From contig CAKSBH010000002.1 in the NCBI GenBank assembly GCA_934438175.1, forward strand, positions 47,406 through 111,405: DNA of 64,000 nt, in the 5' to 3' direction. A program made the translations under genes and the position numbers. Of this stretch, positions 1-10,587 are shown piece after piece; within the stretch, counting starts at the first letter, position 1, and each line of letters begins with the position of its first letter. This stretch comes from an uncultured Eubacteriales bacterium (lineage in GTDB: Bacteria > Bacillota > Clostridia > Oscillospirales > UBA644). The notes under the pieces were generated by a model. It was not told the origin of the DNA, did no database searches, and worked only from the letters and a program-made list of their open reading frames with translations.

Positions 1-131
1 ACACGTTCCCCGTTCTGCTACGGTATTGGCGATGTCAAGATAATAGTTTGTTTTGTCAATTCTCATCGGAGAGGATCCTTTCGGAAACTTTTTTTCATTA
101 TAGCAAAGATTTCGGTTCTGCGCAAGAGGGA

Positions 132-1511
132 TCAAAACCGTTTTTCGCCGTATTTTTCCGCCGTTCTCTCCGCCGCCTTATAAATATCACCGCAACCGAG
201 GGTGATAAACAGGTCTCCGGGTTGTGCCAGTTCCTTGATCCGGTCGGCAATGGCTTCAAAATCCGGAACGAATTCGGCGTTGGGCAAACGGGCGACCAGA
301 TCCTGTGAAGAGACCTGATATTCGTCGTTGGTCTCCCGCGCCGCATAAATCGGAGGAATAAGAACCTTATCCACCGTAGACAGAATTTTAACAAAATCGT
401 CCATCAGCAGTTTGGTACGCGAGAAGGTGTGCGGCTGATGAATGGCGATGATCCGGCGGAAGCCGAGATCCCGCGCGGTGCGGAAGGTTACGGCATAGGC
501 ATCGGGATGATGTCCGTAATCATCCGCCACAACGGCACCGTTCACGGTACAATGATATTCAAACCGCCGCTTGGCACCGGCATATTCCGAAAGCCCCCTG
601 CCAATGATCTCCGGCGGGATCCCGTCGGCAAAGCATGCCGCCGCTGCGGCGAGCGCATTCCCTACGTTATGCCTGCCGGGAACCGACAGCTGAACCTTGC
701 AGAAAAACGCCCCGTTATGCAGAATCTCAAAACCCGGCAATCCTGCCGTCAGGATAACATTCCGTGCCGTAAACTCACCCGTCTGCAGACCGAACGAAAC
801 GGTCTTTCCGGGGTAAGTGCGGATCATCTGCAGGGAGTTTTCGTCTTCTGCGTTGTAGATCACAACGCCCCCTTCCCGGGTATTGTTCAGATACCGCCGG
901 AAAGAGGCAATCAGATTTTCCCGTGTTTTGAAATATTCCATATGATCTTCGTCGATGTTGAGGATTACGCTGACCGAAGGCCGGAACTGCAAAAAAGAAT
1001 CCCGGAATTCGCAGCTTTCAAAAATGCAGACCTCATCCGTCTTTCCGATGCAATACGAGGCATCGATCTGCTTCATATGCCCTCCGATAATGGAAGAAAA
1101 ATCCCGGCCGGATGCCAGATATACCGAAGTGATCATCGAGGTCGTTGTTGTTTTCCCGTTTGTCCCGGCAACACCAACGGTATGGCGGTATCCGTCCAGA
1201 AGAAAACCGAGAAGCTCTGCACGACGATAGACGGGAAGCCCCGCCTGCTGCGCATACAGCCATTCCGGATTTCCGGGCATAATGGCCTCGGTTTTCACAA
1301 CCGCATCCGGCTTTTCGGCTTTCAGATTTTCGGCGTTGTGACCGAGATACACCCGGATGCCCGTCTGACGGAGATGCGCCGTCGTGGCGCTTTCCTGCAT
1401 ATCGGATCCGGCGACCCGAAAACCGCGGCGATGCAGGATTTCGGCAAGACTGCTCATGGACGAGCCGCCGATCCCGATAAAATAAACCGATTGAACACCG
1501 TTGAGATTCAT
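132..1511 (-). CDS. murC: UDP-N-acetylmuramate--L-alanine ligase
   Basis: 459-aa ORF; N-terminal dinucleotide-binding GIGGSSMSSLA and P-loop VAGTNGKTTTT typical of Mur ligases. Confidence 0.9.
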   Translation of the reverse strand: MNLNGVQSVYFIGIGGSSMSSLAEILHRRGFRVAGSDMQESATTAHLRQTGIRVYLGHNAENLKAEKPDAVVKTEAIMPGNPEWLYAQQAGLPVYRRAELLGFLLDGYRHTVGVAGTNGKTTTTSMITSVYLASGRDFSSIIGGHMKQIDASYCIGKTDEVCIFESCEFRDSFLQFRPSVSVILNIDEDHMEYFKTRENLIASFRRYLNNTREGGVVIYNAEDENSLQMIRTYPGKTVSFGLQTGEFTARNVILTAGLPGFEILHNGAFFCKVQLSVPGRHNVGNALAAAAACFADGIPPEIIGRGLSEYAGAKRRFEYHCTVNGAVVADDYGHHPDAYAVTFRTARDLGFRRIIAIHQPHTFSRTKLLMDDFVKILSTVDKVLIPPIYAARETNDEYQVSSQDLVARLPNAEFVPDFEAIADRIKELAQPGDLFITLGCGDIYKAAERTAEKYGEKRF

Positions 1512-1538
1512 AGTTTCTTCCTCCGTATAAAAATCAGA

Positions 1539-3404
1539 TCAGACCATTCCGAAATGGATGAGAAGCACCGAAACATCGGCGGGATTGACGCCGGAAATCC
1601 GGCTTGCCTGCCCGATGCTGGAGGGCTGCTGTTTGTTGAGTTTTTGCGCCGCTTCCAGACGAAGACCCCGGATTTTGGAGTAATCCGTGTTCTGAGGAAG
1701 ACGCTTGTTTTCCAATTTCCGGAACTGCGCGATCTGTGCCTGTTCCCGCTTGATATACCCCTCGTATTTGACGGAAATTTCCGCTTCTTCCTTTTCCGGG
1801 TCGGTCAGATCCGGACGCGACGGATCCACCGAAGCAAGATCCCCGTATGTCAGTTCCGGACGACGCAGAAGTTCCGCGAGCGAAATTCCGCAGGATACGG
1901 GCGAAGATCCTTTTTTTGCCAGACAGGCATCCAGCTCCGGCGACGGAGCGATATACGTGACAGACAACCGTCGGATCTCTGCTTCAATGTGCTCCCGTTT
2001 CCGGCAGAAATTCTCGTACCGTTCCTCGGAGATCAGCCCGATCTCATACCCGAGGGGAGTCAGGCGGAAATCGGCGTTGTCCTGACGGAGAACCAACCGG
2101 TATTCCGAACGGGACGTCATCATGCGATACGGCTCCCGCGTGCCTTTGGTGACCAAATCGTCAATCAGGGTTCCGATGTACGACGTGGAGCGATCCAGAA
2201 TCAAGGGCTTTTTTCCGAGAAGCTGCAGAGCGGCATTGATTCCCGCAACAAGTCCCTGCGCCGCCGCCTCTTCATAACCGGACGTACCGTTGAACTGCCC
2301 GGCGCCGAACAGCCCGTGAATTTTCTTGAATTCCAACGTAGCTTCCAACTCCAACGGGTCGACGCAATCGTATTCAATGGCATACGCCGTCCGCATCATC
2401 TGGGCATGCTCAAAGCCGTCCAGAGACCGGATCATCCGGATCTGCACATCTTCCGGCAAGGAAGTGGAAAACCCCTGAAGATACATTTCCTCCGTATCTT
2501 CCCCCAGCGGCTCCAGAAACAGCTGGTGCCGCGGTTTCTCGGCAAAACGCACGATCTTGTCCTCGATGCTGGGACAGTACCGGGGGCCGATTCCACGGAT
2601 ATTTCCGGAATAAAGCGGCGAACGGTGCAGATTCTCCCGGATGATCTCATGTGTTCTTTCGTTGGTATAGCAAAGATAGCAGGGCAATTTATTTTTCCCG
2701 ATTGTTTTATTTTCAAAACTCATGGGAACAATTTTTTCGTCCCCGTATTGCGGTTCCAAACGGGAAAGATCCACCGAAGATTTCAGAATCCGTGCCGGGG
2801 TTCCCGTTTTGAAACGCAACATTTCCACGCCCTGTTCTTTCAGGCAGTCTGAAAGCCCTTTTGCGGCAAACATTCCGTCGGGACCTCCGTCATAAAAAAC
2901 GTCTCCGACAAAAATTCTGCCTTCCAGATACGTTCCCGTACAGAGAATGGCGGCACGAACGGGATATTCCGCACCGAGCCGGGTTACCACGCTGCGGACG
3001 CAGTTTCCGTCAAACAGAATTTCCACCACTTCTGCCTGTTTGAGCGTCAGATTTTCCTGCTTTTCCAGTGTATGCTTCATCCGCATCTGATATTTCCGAC
3101 GATCTGCCTGAACACGGGGCGAATGAACCGCCGGACCCTTGCCGAGATTCAGCATCCGGCTTTGCAGAAACACTTCGTCCGCAGCTTTCGCCATCTCTCC
3201 GCCCAGCGCATCAACTTCCCGTACCAGATGCCCCTTTGCCGAACCGCCGATGGATGGGTTGCACGGCATATTGCCGACGGCATCCAGGTTCATGGTAAAC
3301 AAAATAACGCTTACACCCAACCGCGCACAGGCAAGCGCCGCTTCAATTCCGGCATGCCCGGCACCGATGACGGCAACATCATACGCTTCCGCTTGATATC
3401 TCAT
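1539..3404 (-). CDS. mnmG: tRNA uridine 5-carboxymethylaminomethyl modification enzyme MnmG/GidA
   Basis: FAD-binding N-terminus [23 protein letters not shown], full-length similarity to GidA; start set at internal ATG 3404 (GGAGA RBS upstream) instead of the in-frame extension to 3590 in the ORF track. Confidence 0.93.
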   Translation of the reverse strand: MRYQAEAYDVAVIGAGHAGIEAALACARLGVSVILFTMNLDAVGNMPCNPSIGGSAKGHLVREVDALGGEMAKAADEVFLQSRMLNLGKGPAVHSPRVQADRRKYQMRMKHTLEKQENLTLKQAEVVEILFDGNCVRSVVTRLGAEYPVRAAILCTGTYLEGRIFVGDVFYDGGPDGMFAAKGLSDCLKEQGVEMLRFKTGTPARILKSSVDLSRLEPQYGDEKIVPMSFENKTIGKNKLPCYLCYTNERTHEIIRENLHRSPLYSGNIRGIGPRYCPSIEDKIVRFAEKPRHQLFLEPLGEDTEEMYLQGFSTSLPEDVQIRMIRSLDGFEHAQMMRTAYAIEYDCVDPLELEATLEFKKIHGLFGAGQFNGTSGYEEAAAQGLVAGINAALQLLGKKPLILDRSTSYIGTLIDDLVTKGTREPYRMMTSRSEYRLVLRQDNADFRLTPLGYEIGLISEERYENFCRKREHIEAEIRRLSVTYIAPSPELDACLAKKGSSPVSCGISLAELLRRPELTYGDLASVDPSRPDLTDPEKEEAEISVKYEGYIKREQAQIAQFRKLENKRLPQNTDYSKIRGLRLEAAQKLNKQQPSSIGQASRISGVNPADVSVLLIHFGMV

Positions 3405-3412
3405 GATTTCTC

Positions 3413-4753
3413 CTATTTTCCCACACAAAACCGGGAAAAAATCCGGTCTGTAATTTCTGCATGAACGGTCTTCCCCGTCATTTCGCCCAATGCGGACACC
3501 GCATCTTCCACATCGATGAGCAACACATCCGGCGTCATACGCAGATTGTCCAGTGCCTGCCGAAGGGCATCCGCCGCCTGTACCAGACATTCATGCTGGC
3601 GCACGTTCATGACCACGCCTCCGTGAAGCTTCAGGTTTTCGTACAGCGCTGCGGTTTTCTTTTCCAGTTCGTCCATCCCGTCACCGGTTGCGGCACTGAT
3701 GCGGCAGACCGCATCAAAGCCGGAAAAATCGCTTTCCGTACACACATCCTCCGACAAAACGTCGCTTTTATTGAGCACGGCAATCTTTTTTGCCGTACTG
3801 TGCAGAACATCTTCGGGAACATCGGCACGCTCGCAACGATCCTGCACATAAAAAAGAAGATCCGCATTCCGCACCTCCTGCAGGGCCCGCTCAATGCCGA
3901 GTTTCTCCACCTCATCCCCGCTTTCACGGATTCCCGCCGTATCGTCCAGGATCAGTTTCAGCCCCGCAAACTCTGCCGTTCCCTCCACAACGTCCCGCGT
4001 TGTTCCCGCATGGGAGGTAACAATGCTGCGATCATAACCGAGAATCCGGTTCATCAGGGTCGATTTTCCTGCGTTCGGGCGACCGCAGATTGCAGTGCGG
4101 ATTCCGTTTTTCAGAATTCTGCCTTTCTCATAGGAATCCCGCAGAACGCAGCATTTGCGGAATGCGGCTTGCAGAATCTCCCGCAGCTGCTCCGACGAAA
4201 GATCCTCAATTCCGTCATCCGGATAATCCACATACGCCAGCAGCTGTGCCGCCAGATTGAGAAGATTGTCCCTTACCTGCTCCACCTCTTTGGAAAGTGT
4301 GCCCCGGACCGAAGAAAATGCGGCTTCCGCCTCGGCTCCCGTTTCGGCTTCGATGAGATCAATCACCGCTTCCGCCTCCACAAGATCCAGTTTTCCGTTG
4401 ACAAACGCGCGCTTGGTGAATTCGCCTGCCCGTGCCTGGCGGGCACCGTGTTTCTGCGCCAGTTCCAGAATTCTGCGAACAATCACCATACTGCCGTGAC
4501 AGGAAATTTCCACGGTATCTTCCCCCGTATAACTTGCCGGAGCACGGAATACGGTAAGGATTACCTCATCCACCGGTTCCGTTCCGTCCGAAAGAATACC
4601 GTGCAATGCCGTTCCTCCCGCAACATCTCCAAGGCGCCGGGAAAACATCGCTTCCGCAATTCCGATGGCATCCGGACCGGACATCCGCACAACGGCAAGA
4701 GCCGCCATCAGAGCGGGCGTGGAAAGGGCAACAATCGTATTTCTGTTTTCCAT
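3413..4753 (-). CDS. mnmE: tRNA modification GTPase MnmE/TrmE
   Basis: G-domain motifs [16 protein letters not shown]; C-terminal CVGK tail; start at MENRNT (GGGAGA RBS); ORF track extends to 4774. Confidence 0.93.
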   Translation of the reverse strand: MENRNTIVALSTPALMAALAVVRMSGPDAIGIAEAMFSRRLGDVAGGTALHGILSDGTEPVDEVILTVFRAPASYTGEDTVEISCHGSMVIVRRILELAQKHGARQARAGEFTKRAFVNGKLDLVEAEAVIDLIEAETGAEAEAAFSSVRGTLSKEVEQVRDNLLNLAAQLLAYVDYPDDGIEDLSSEQLREILQAAFRKCCVLRDSYEKGRILKNGIRTAICGRPNAGKSTLMNRILGYDRSIVTSHAGTTRDVVEGTAEFAGLKLILDDTAGIRESGDEVEKLGIERALQEVRNADLLFYVQDRCERADVPEDVLHSTAKKIAVLNKSDVLSEDVCTESDFSGFDAVCRISAATGDGMDELEKKTAALYENLKLHGGVVMNVRQHECLVQAADALRQALDNLRMTPDVLLIDVEDAVSALGEMTGKTVHAEITDRIFSRFCVGK

Positions 4754-4825
4754 AAAGATCTCCCGTTTGATCAAACAAAAAAAGACAGCGGGGCTTTATA
4801 CCGTCGCTGTCTTTTGCGGTTGTTT

Positions 4826-5761
4826 TTATTCCTGCGTTTCCGGTTTGCCGGCAACTTCATTTTCTGCTTTTTCCGGCTTTTCGGCTTTTCTTTCCTCGGC
4901 TTTTTTCTCTCCGGGGAACACATAAGCAACAACAACACGACGGTTCGGCTCTGTGCCTACGGAATACGTCTGAATGTTGCGGAAACCCTGAAGACGGGCA
5001 TGAATCACACGTCTCTGATAAGCACTCATCGGATTGAGTGTGACCTTACGGCGCGTTTTCAGAACCTGCTTTGCCACACGAACCGCAAGGGCTTCCAGAC
5101 GATGCGCCGTTTTCTTCTTTATGCCGTTGACATCCAGCATCACTTTGTGGAAATCTTCTTTTTCCTTGTTGATATACAACGATACCAACGTCTGCAATCC
5201 GTCAACCGCTTCGCCCTGACGACGACCGAGGAAGGACAACTGCTCACTCTGAATTTCTACGGTAATTTCTTTCTGGTCTTCATCGGTAACATGAATTTCG
5301 TATTCCGCTACGCCCATGGTCTCAAACATTCCGACCAGGAATTTTTCGATTTTGGTATTTTCGCAGAAAACAAGCTCTTTTTCCGCTTCCGGTTCCGGAA
5401 TCGGCTCTTCAACGGGTTCCTCCGGTTCCGGACGGGGGGCACGGTTCATTCTCGGTCCCCGGTCTTTTTTCGGACCGCGATCCCCTCTCGGGGCTCTCGG
5501 ACCGCGGTCGCTGCGGGGATTCTGCGCATCCCATTCCGCCCGCGCCGCACGCTCGGCTTCTTCTGCTTTCTTTTCGGCTTCAATCTCCTCCGGAGTCCGG
5601 TAAGAGATCCGGATCACAGCGGGTCTTCCGCCGATTCCCAAAAAGCCCTGTTTCGGATAATCCACGATTTCGTAAGAGAACGTGCCACGTTCCGCATTCA
5701 GTTCCCGGCACGCTTTTTCTACGGCTTCATCAATGGTTTTTCCGGTAATATCCTTTTCCAT
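4826..5761 (-). CDS. jag: Jag/KhpB RNA-binding protein (Jag_N, KH, R3H)
   Basis: MEKDITGKTIDEAVEKACRELN Jag_N start with GAGGAG RBS; R3H motif region YQRRVIHARL; RGP-rich linker and Lys/Glu-rich C-terminal tail; conserved position next to yidC. Confidence 0.85.
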   Translation of the reverse strand: MEKDITGKTIDEAVEKACRELNAERGTFSYEIVDYPKQGFLGIGGRPAVIRISYRTPEEIEAEKKAEEAERAARAEWDAQNPRSDRGPRAPRGDRGPKKDRGPRMNRAPRPEPEEPVEEPIPEPEAEKELVFCENTKIEKFLVGMFETMGVAEYEIHVTDEDQKEITVEIQSEQLSFLGRRQGEAVDGLQTLVSLYINKEKEDFHKVMLDVNGIKKKTAHRLEALAVRVAKQVLKTRRKVTLNPMSAYQRRVIHARLQGFRNIQTYSVGTEPNRRVVVAYVFPGEKKAEERKAEKPEKAENEVAGKPETQE

Positions 5762-5777
5762 GATGGGTGAACTCCTC

Positions 5778-6776
5778 TCACGTTCCGGAAGAAGAATCTT
5801 CCGTCTGCGTATGATTCTTTTTCTTTTTGTTGCGGTTTTTCTTCTGCAAAGCCCGCTCTGCCTCAAGTTTTTCTTCTTTCCGGTCAACATACCAATGGAC
5901 AAAGTATGTCTGGGCGATGCTCAGCAGGTTGGACAGAATCCAGTAAAGACCGATGGCAACGTTAAACGAAAAACCGATGACAACGGAAACAACCGGCATG
6001 ATATACAACAACAGATTCATGCTGTTGCGTGTAGCACCGTCCACACTGGCTGTCTTGTTCTTTTTGGTCATCAGCCGCTGGCTCAGAAAACCGACCAGGA
6101 AGGACGTAACACCGGAAATGACCGGAATCAGAAGCGTCCAACTTGTCCAGGAAGGAAGAACACCGAGATCCAGTCCGAGGAACCGGATGTTGATGTTGGG
6201 GCAGTTTGAAGGAAGAAGATCGGAAACCATTTCCCGGTTGCTTTCAATCAGGCTCATCAAAGAAATCTGATGAGATCCGATCCACGACGAAAGCGTATTT
6301 GCCACGGTTGACCCGGATTTTACGGTAACGCCGAGATCTACGCCGTTGTTGAAAAGACGCGTGGCGATGGAAAGAATACGTTCGTTGGATGAAATATCCC
6401 AAAGATAGGTAATCGGGTTCCGGATCGCGTTCCAGATTGCCCAGATGATGGGGAACTGAAGAAATTGCCATCCGCAGCCGCCGGTCATACTGGTTCCGTT
6501 TGCCGCGTAGAGCTTCTGCATTTCTTCCGTATATTTGGGATTGGTCGTGTCGCCTTTGTATTTTTTCTTAAGTTCTTCTGCTTTCGGCTGAATTGCTTGC
6601 ATGCGGATACGGCTTTTTTCCGTTTTGATGCTGAGCGGCAGCATACAGACCTTGGAAAGAACCGCAAACAGCAGAATGGCAATTCCGTAGTTGTTTACAA
6701 GCGAATAAAGAAGCCGAAAAATAAGACCGAAAGGGATATAGATAAAATTCATAATCCCTTCAAAGATATTTCCCAT
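5778..6776 (-). CDS. yidC: membrane protein insertase YidC/Oxa1 family (short form, no lipoprotein signal)
   Basis: conserved TM1 region NYGIAILLFAVLSKVCMLPLSIK, five predicted TMs, basic C-terminal tail; conserved rnpA-yidD-yidC-jag synteny. Confidence 0.88.
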   Translation of the reverse strand: MGNIFEGIMNFIYIPFGLIFRLLYSLVNNYGIAILLFAVLSKVCMLPLSIKTEKSRIRMQAIQPKAEELKKKYKGDTTNPKYTEEMQKLYAANGTSMTGGCGWQFLQFPIIWAIWNAIRNPITYLWDISSNERILSIATRLFNNGVDLGVTVKSGSTVANTLSSWIGSHQISLMSLIESNREMVSDLLPSNCPNINIRFLGLDLGVLPSWTSWTLLIPVISGVTSFLVGFLSQRLMTKKNKTASVDGATRNSMNLLLYIMPVVSVVIGFSFNVAIGLYWILSNLLSIAQTYFVHWYVDRKEEKLEAERALQKKNRNKKKKNHTQTEDSSSGT

Positions 6777-6792
6777 CGGATTCTCCTTGTGG

Positions 6793-7020
6793 TTATTTTT
6801 GTTGAGGATCCGGTACGGGATCGTACCCTCCTTTTGAGAAAGGGTTGCATCTCAAAAGTCTGCCTACGGTCAGAAACGTCGCCCTGAAAAATCCGAATTT
6901 TTTGTATGCTTCCAGCGCATACTGCGAACACGTGGGGGTAAATTTACAACGCGCGCCACGCTTATAAGGCGAAATATGTTTCTGATAAAACCGGACAAGC
7001 CGAATCATCATTCTGTTCAT
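6793..7020 (-). CDS. yidD: membrane protein insertion efficiency factor YidD
   Basis: MNRMMIRLVRFYQKHISPYKRGARCKFTPTCSQYALEA matches YidD/DUF37 signature; start at internal ATG (ORF track begins at an upstream GTG, 7080). Confidence 0.8.
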   Translation of the reverse strand: MNRMMIRLVRFYQKHISPYKRGARCKFTPTCSQYALEAYKKFGFFRATFLTVGRLLRCNPFSKGGYDPVPDPQQK

Positions 7021-7092
7021 GTTACCCTTATGCAGAACTGTCCGACATCCATTCAAAATGAATCTTTCACAAATAAGCACGAATATACGGAA

Positions 7093-7443
7093 TCATTCTT
7101 GTGACCCGTGAGATGACAGCTCTGTTTTTTTCATTGCCCGTTTCATATTTTCCAGCACATCCGACAGGGAAGCTTCTGTCATTTTCGTCCGTACGACGAA
7201 AACAAAATCATAACCCGTCCGGATATCCGCTTCGGAAAGCCGGTAGGCCTCCCGGAGAAGTCGTTTGCAGCGGTTCCGTACAACGGCATTCCCGATCTTT
7301 TTGCTGACCGTAATGCCCATCCGGTTTGTTCCCAGACGATTTTCCCGGAAATACAGAATAAACAAAGAAGAATAATACGTTTTCCCCTTTGCATAAAGTT
7401 GCCGGAAAATCCGGTTCTCTTTCAGTGAAACGGTTTTCTCCAT
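7093..7443 (-). CDS. rnpA: ribonuclease P protein component
   Basis: 117-aa basic protein, RNase P protein signature region KKIGNAVVRNRCKRLLREAYR; downstream of rpmH. Confidence 0.9.
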   Translation of the reverse strand: MEKTVSLKENRIFRQLYAKGKTYYSSLFILYFRENRLGTNRMGITVSKKIGNAVVRNRCKRLLREAYRLSEADIRTGYDFVFVVRTKMTEASLSDVLENMKRAMKKTELSSHGSQE

Positions 7444-7538
7444 GGAAATAAAGCCCTTTTCTTGTAAAAACATTTGAACTGATGGTATGCCGAAGTCCGA
7501 TTTGCAAAAGCATTCCCATCAGTTCTGTTATTTTTTCA

Positions 7539-7673
7539 TTACAGAGAAAGCTGCTTTCTTCCTTTTGCACGTCTTCTCGCCAGCACTTTTCTACCGTTTG
7601 CCGTTCTCATTCTCTTGCGAAAGCCGTGAACCTTGCTACGCTGGATTTTTTTCGGTTGATACGTTCTTACCAT
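7539..7673 (-). CDS. rpmH: 50S ribosomal protein L34
   Basis: 44-aa ORF absent from ORF track (<60 aa): [44 protein letters not shown]; AGGAGG RBS 7 nt upstream; canonical position upstream of rnpA and divergent from dnaA. Confidence 0.93.
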   Translation of the reverse strand: MVRTYQPKKIQRSKVHGFRKRMRTANGRKVLARRRAKGRKQLSL

Positions 7674-7796
7674 GGTAAAGCTTGCCTCCTTGTCCTATTG
7701 ATTCGCATTTATCATTATATATCACACCGGACGGCTTGTCAAGTACCGAATTCCGATTTTTTTTAAGGAAAAGTCGTGAAATTTGAAAAAATTCTC

Positions 7797-7825
7797 TTGC
7801 TTATTGATACAATATGTGTTATAAT
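7797..7825 (+). promoter_or_regulatory. putative dnaA promoter TTGCTT-N17-TATAAT in AT-rich rpmH-dnaA spacer
   Basis: TTGCTT (7797-7802), 17-nt spacer, TATAAT (7820-7825); surrounding 7780-7880 is strongly AT-rich; no convincing TTATCCACA boxes seen here. Confidence 0.5.
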
Positions 7826-7894
7826 TTATATTATAATGAGTATATATACATTCTATTATTATTAATATCCCTGTAAAGCCGAGGAGGAATCAAA

Positions 7895-9226
7895 ATGCAG
7901 GAATTCAGACACATCTGGGAAAAAGCAGAGGAAGAACTTTCCCATTCCGTTACGGAGACCGCCATGGATCTGTGGATCCGTCCGATCCGTCCCGTCAAAT
8001 ATGAAAACGATTGCGCCGTGCTCCTGGTGGATTCTCCGTTTCATCGTGACATCATCATGTCCAAATACCGCAATATGATCCGGGATGTACTGACCGGAAT
8101 TGTCGGCTTTGAAATGGATGTGCGTGTGATTACGGCAGAAGAAGACAAAAAAGTTCATATTGCTCCCATTGCCTCTCCGGAGATTACCGATGTTGTTCCG
8201 AAAGATCCTTCTTCGGAACAGACATTTGACACCTTTCTTGTCGGTGACTCCAATAAGCATGCGCATGCCGCCTGCCTTGCCGTTGCGCGCAGCTTCCCCG
8301 CACATCCCTACAACCCGTTGTTCATTTACGGTAATACGGGGCTTGGCAAAACGCATCTTTTGTTTGCCATCAAAAACGAGATTGAAAAAAATCACCCGGA
8401 TGCCAATCTGCTTTATATCCGGAGTGAAAACTTCATCAACGAATTCATTTCCTATCTCGGCAAAGGAAACATGGAAGAATTCAAAAACAAATATCGTACC
8501 GTGGATGTTCTTCTGGTGGACGATATTCAGTTCATCGCCGGAAAGGATCAGATTCAGAACGAATTTTTCCATACATTTGAATCGTTGATTCAGGCAAACA
8601 AACAGATCATCCTCACATCCGATCGTCCTCCCCGTGACATTCAACTTCTGGAAAGCCGGCTGAAATCCCGGTTTGAATCCGGTCTGATCACCGATATCTA
8701 TATGCCGGAATATGAACTCAAGGTTGCGTTTATCAAGCAAAAGGCACAGGCATACAATCTCTACATTCCCGACGAAGTGGTTGACTTCATCGCTCAGCGC
8801 ATCAAAAACAACATCCGTCAACTGGAAGGTGTTATGAAAAAACTGACGGCATTCCAGTTGATTTCCAACTCTCCCCCGAACATTGCCATTGCGCAGAGCG
8901 CTATCCGGGATATTACAAACGAAAACGAACCAAATCCCGTGATTGTGGACAAGGTCATTTCCGAAATTTCCCGGGAATGGGAAGTTCCCTCCGAAGACAT
9001 CCGGGGAACGAAACGGTTGCAGAACATCGTCACTGCCCGCCAGGTCGCCATGTATATTCTGCGGGATATCACCGATCTTTCCCTTCCGGAAATCGGAAAA
9101 TATTTCGGCGGAAAAGATCATGCCACTGTCTTCCATTCCATCAAAAAGATCGAAGACCGCGTAGAAACCGAACCGATGCTCAAGGCAAGAATTGAAGAAG
9201 TGAAAAGAAACATTAAAAACTATTGA
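7895..9226 (+). CDS. dnaA: chromosomal replication initiator protein DnaA
   Basis: 443 aa; AAA+ Walker A GNTGLGKTHLL, LLVDDIQF, C-terminal DNA-binding domain; GAGGAGG RBS. Confidence 0.97.
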   Translation: MQEFRHIWEKAEEELSHSVTETAMDLWIRPIRPVKYENDCAVLLVDSPFHRDIIMSKYRNMIRDVLTGIVGFEMDVRVITAEEDKKVHIAPIASPEITDVVPKDPSSEQTFDTFLVGDSNKHAHAACLAVARSFPAHPYNPLFIYGNTGLGKTHLLFAIKNEIEKNHPDANLLYIRSENFINEFISYLGKGNMEEFKNKYRTVDVLLVDDIQFIAGKDQIQNEFFHTFESLIQANKQIILTSDRPPRDIQLLESRLKSRFESGLITDIYMPEYELKVAFIKQKAQAYNLYIPDEVVDFIAQRIKNNIRQLEGVMKKLTAFQLISNSPPNIAIAQSAIRDITNENEPNPVIVDKVISEISREWEVPSEDIRGTKRLQNIVTARQVAMYILRDITDLSLPEIGKYFGGKDHATVFHSIKKIEDRVETEPMLKARIEEVKRNIKNY

Positions 9227-9473
9227 TTTTTCCACTGAAGTTCTTCACAGAATCCACAGGGTTTTCCACATTTTCTGAACGTATTTTTCACCGGAAACCA
9301 AAAAAATACGGAAGCCCGAAAGTTTTCCTCCGTTTCCACTTTTTGTCAACATCGTTATTCTCAGAAAAAATCTGCGGATTTCAAGCCGAAAAAACGCTTT
9401 TTACACATTTTGAACACCCCCTATTACTACAACGATTCTTTTTCTTTTACTCTGTTATAAAGGAGAAAAAAAC
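9227..9473. other. dnaA-dnaN intergenic cluster of DnaA-box-like 9-mers (probable oriC core)
   Basis: TTTTCCACA (1 mismatch to TTATCCACA) plus GAATCCACA, TTTTCCACT, GTTTCCACT, TTTTACACA clustered between ~9229 and 9420; A/T runs near dnaN. Confidence 0.6.
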
Positions 9474-10586
9474 ATGACATTTTCCTGTGACAAAAATCTG
9501 ATTCTCGAAGCAGTCAACAATGCCATCCGTACCGTTCCTTCCAAATCCTCTCTTCCGGTTCTGGAAGGATTGCTTCTGCACGTCTGCGACGACGGAAGTC
9601 TGCGGATTATCGGTTCCGACGCCGAAATGTTTATTGAAACAAAAATTGACGTGGAGTCCGTTGTGAATGTTTCCTTTGTGGTTTCGGCAAAACTGTTTTT
9701 CGATATGCTTACCAAACTGGAAAACGGCTCGGTTTTCTTTGATCTGGATGACAAAGGCATTCTGAACATTTTCAGCGGTGTAATCAAATACAAGCTTCCT
9801 ACGATGGATGCGTCTTTGTATCCGGTTGTTCCGGAAATCGAGCGGTCGGAAAGTCTTTGCATGAAGAAAAGTGTTCTGGCAAGCATGCTGCGGCAGACGC
9901 TGTATTCCGTTGCCGTGAAGGAGACTCGTCCTGTTTTGCGCGGAGAGTTGTTTGATATCCGCAAAAACAGCATCTCCATTGTATCGAGCGATACCTTCCG
10001 TATGGCAGTAAGAACGGAATTCTTTGAAGAAGAAAGAGAAAAGGAATTTTCTTTCATTGTTCCCGGCAAAGCTCTCGGCGAAGTTGCCAAGATTATGAAA
10101 AACGATGAAGAAAATGTTTATATCGGTGTGGCAAGCACCCATGTGGTGTTTGAGTTTGATAATACGCGCATTGTATCCCGTCTGATCGCCGGGGATTTTC
10201 TGCGTTATCAGACGATGATTCCCAAAACGTTCAAAACTTCCATTCTTATTCATACGGAAGAATTGAAAAAATCCATCGAACGCGCCTCGGTTCTGATCAA
10301 CGATAAGGTCAAGAATCCGGTTCGTGTCCGGTTTGAGTTTGATACAGTTGTTGTTTCCTATAAAACGCCGGACGGATCGAGTATGACGGATGAGATCAAA
10401 GCGCATATTGAAGGAGATAATTTTGAAATCGGCTTCAATGACAAATTCATTATGGATGCATTGAATGCCTGTGAAGTTCCGGAGATTGTGCTGAACCTCA
10501 ATTCTCCGGTAGCGTCTCTTTGCATCAAACCGAAGGATTCCGAGAAATTCATCTTCCTTCTTTCTCCGATGAAGCTGAAAGACTGA
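9474..10586 (+). CDS. dnaN: DNA polymerase III beta subunit (sliding clamp)
   Basis: 370 aa, three-domain clamp architecture, conserved dnaA-dnaN-recF order. Confidence 0.95.
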   Translation: MTFSCDKNLILEAVNNAIRTVPSKSSLPVLEGLLLHVCDDGSLRIIGSDAEMFIETKIDVESVVNVSFVVSAKLFFDMLTKLENGSVFFDLDDKGILNIFSGVIKYKLPTMDASLYPVVPEIERSESLCMKKSVLASMLRQTLYSVAVKETRPVLRGELFDIRKNSISIVSSDTFRMAVRTEFFEEEREKEFSFIVPGKALGEVAKIMKNDEENVYIGVASTHVVFEFDNTRIVSRLIAGDFLRYQTMIPKTFKTSILIHTEELKKSIERASVLINDKVKNPVRVRFEFDTVVVSYKTPDGSSMTDEIKAHIEGDNFEIGFNDKFIMDALNACEVPEIVLNLNSPVASLCIKPKDSEKFIFLLSPMKLKD

Positions 10587-10587
10587 T

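Noticed and set aside
429-5770. Long plus-strand ORFs 429-2852 and 3461-5770
   Set aside because: Antisense to murC/mnmG and mnmE/jag; Arg-rich nonsense translations.
7674-7894. Candidate DnaA boxes upstream of dnaA (e.g. TATATCACA, TTATAACAC)
   Set aside because: Three or more mismatches to TTATCCACA. The region is treated as AT-rich promoter only; the box cluster is placed in the dnaA-dnaN spacer instead.
7862-9235. 457-aa ORF on the minus strand
   Set aside because: Exactly antisense to dnaA, which has unambiguous homology; long stop-free antisense frames are expected at this GC content.
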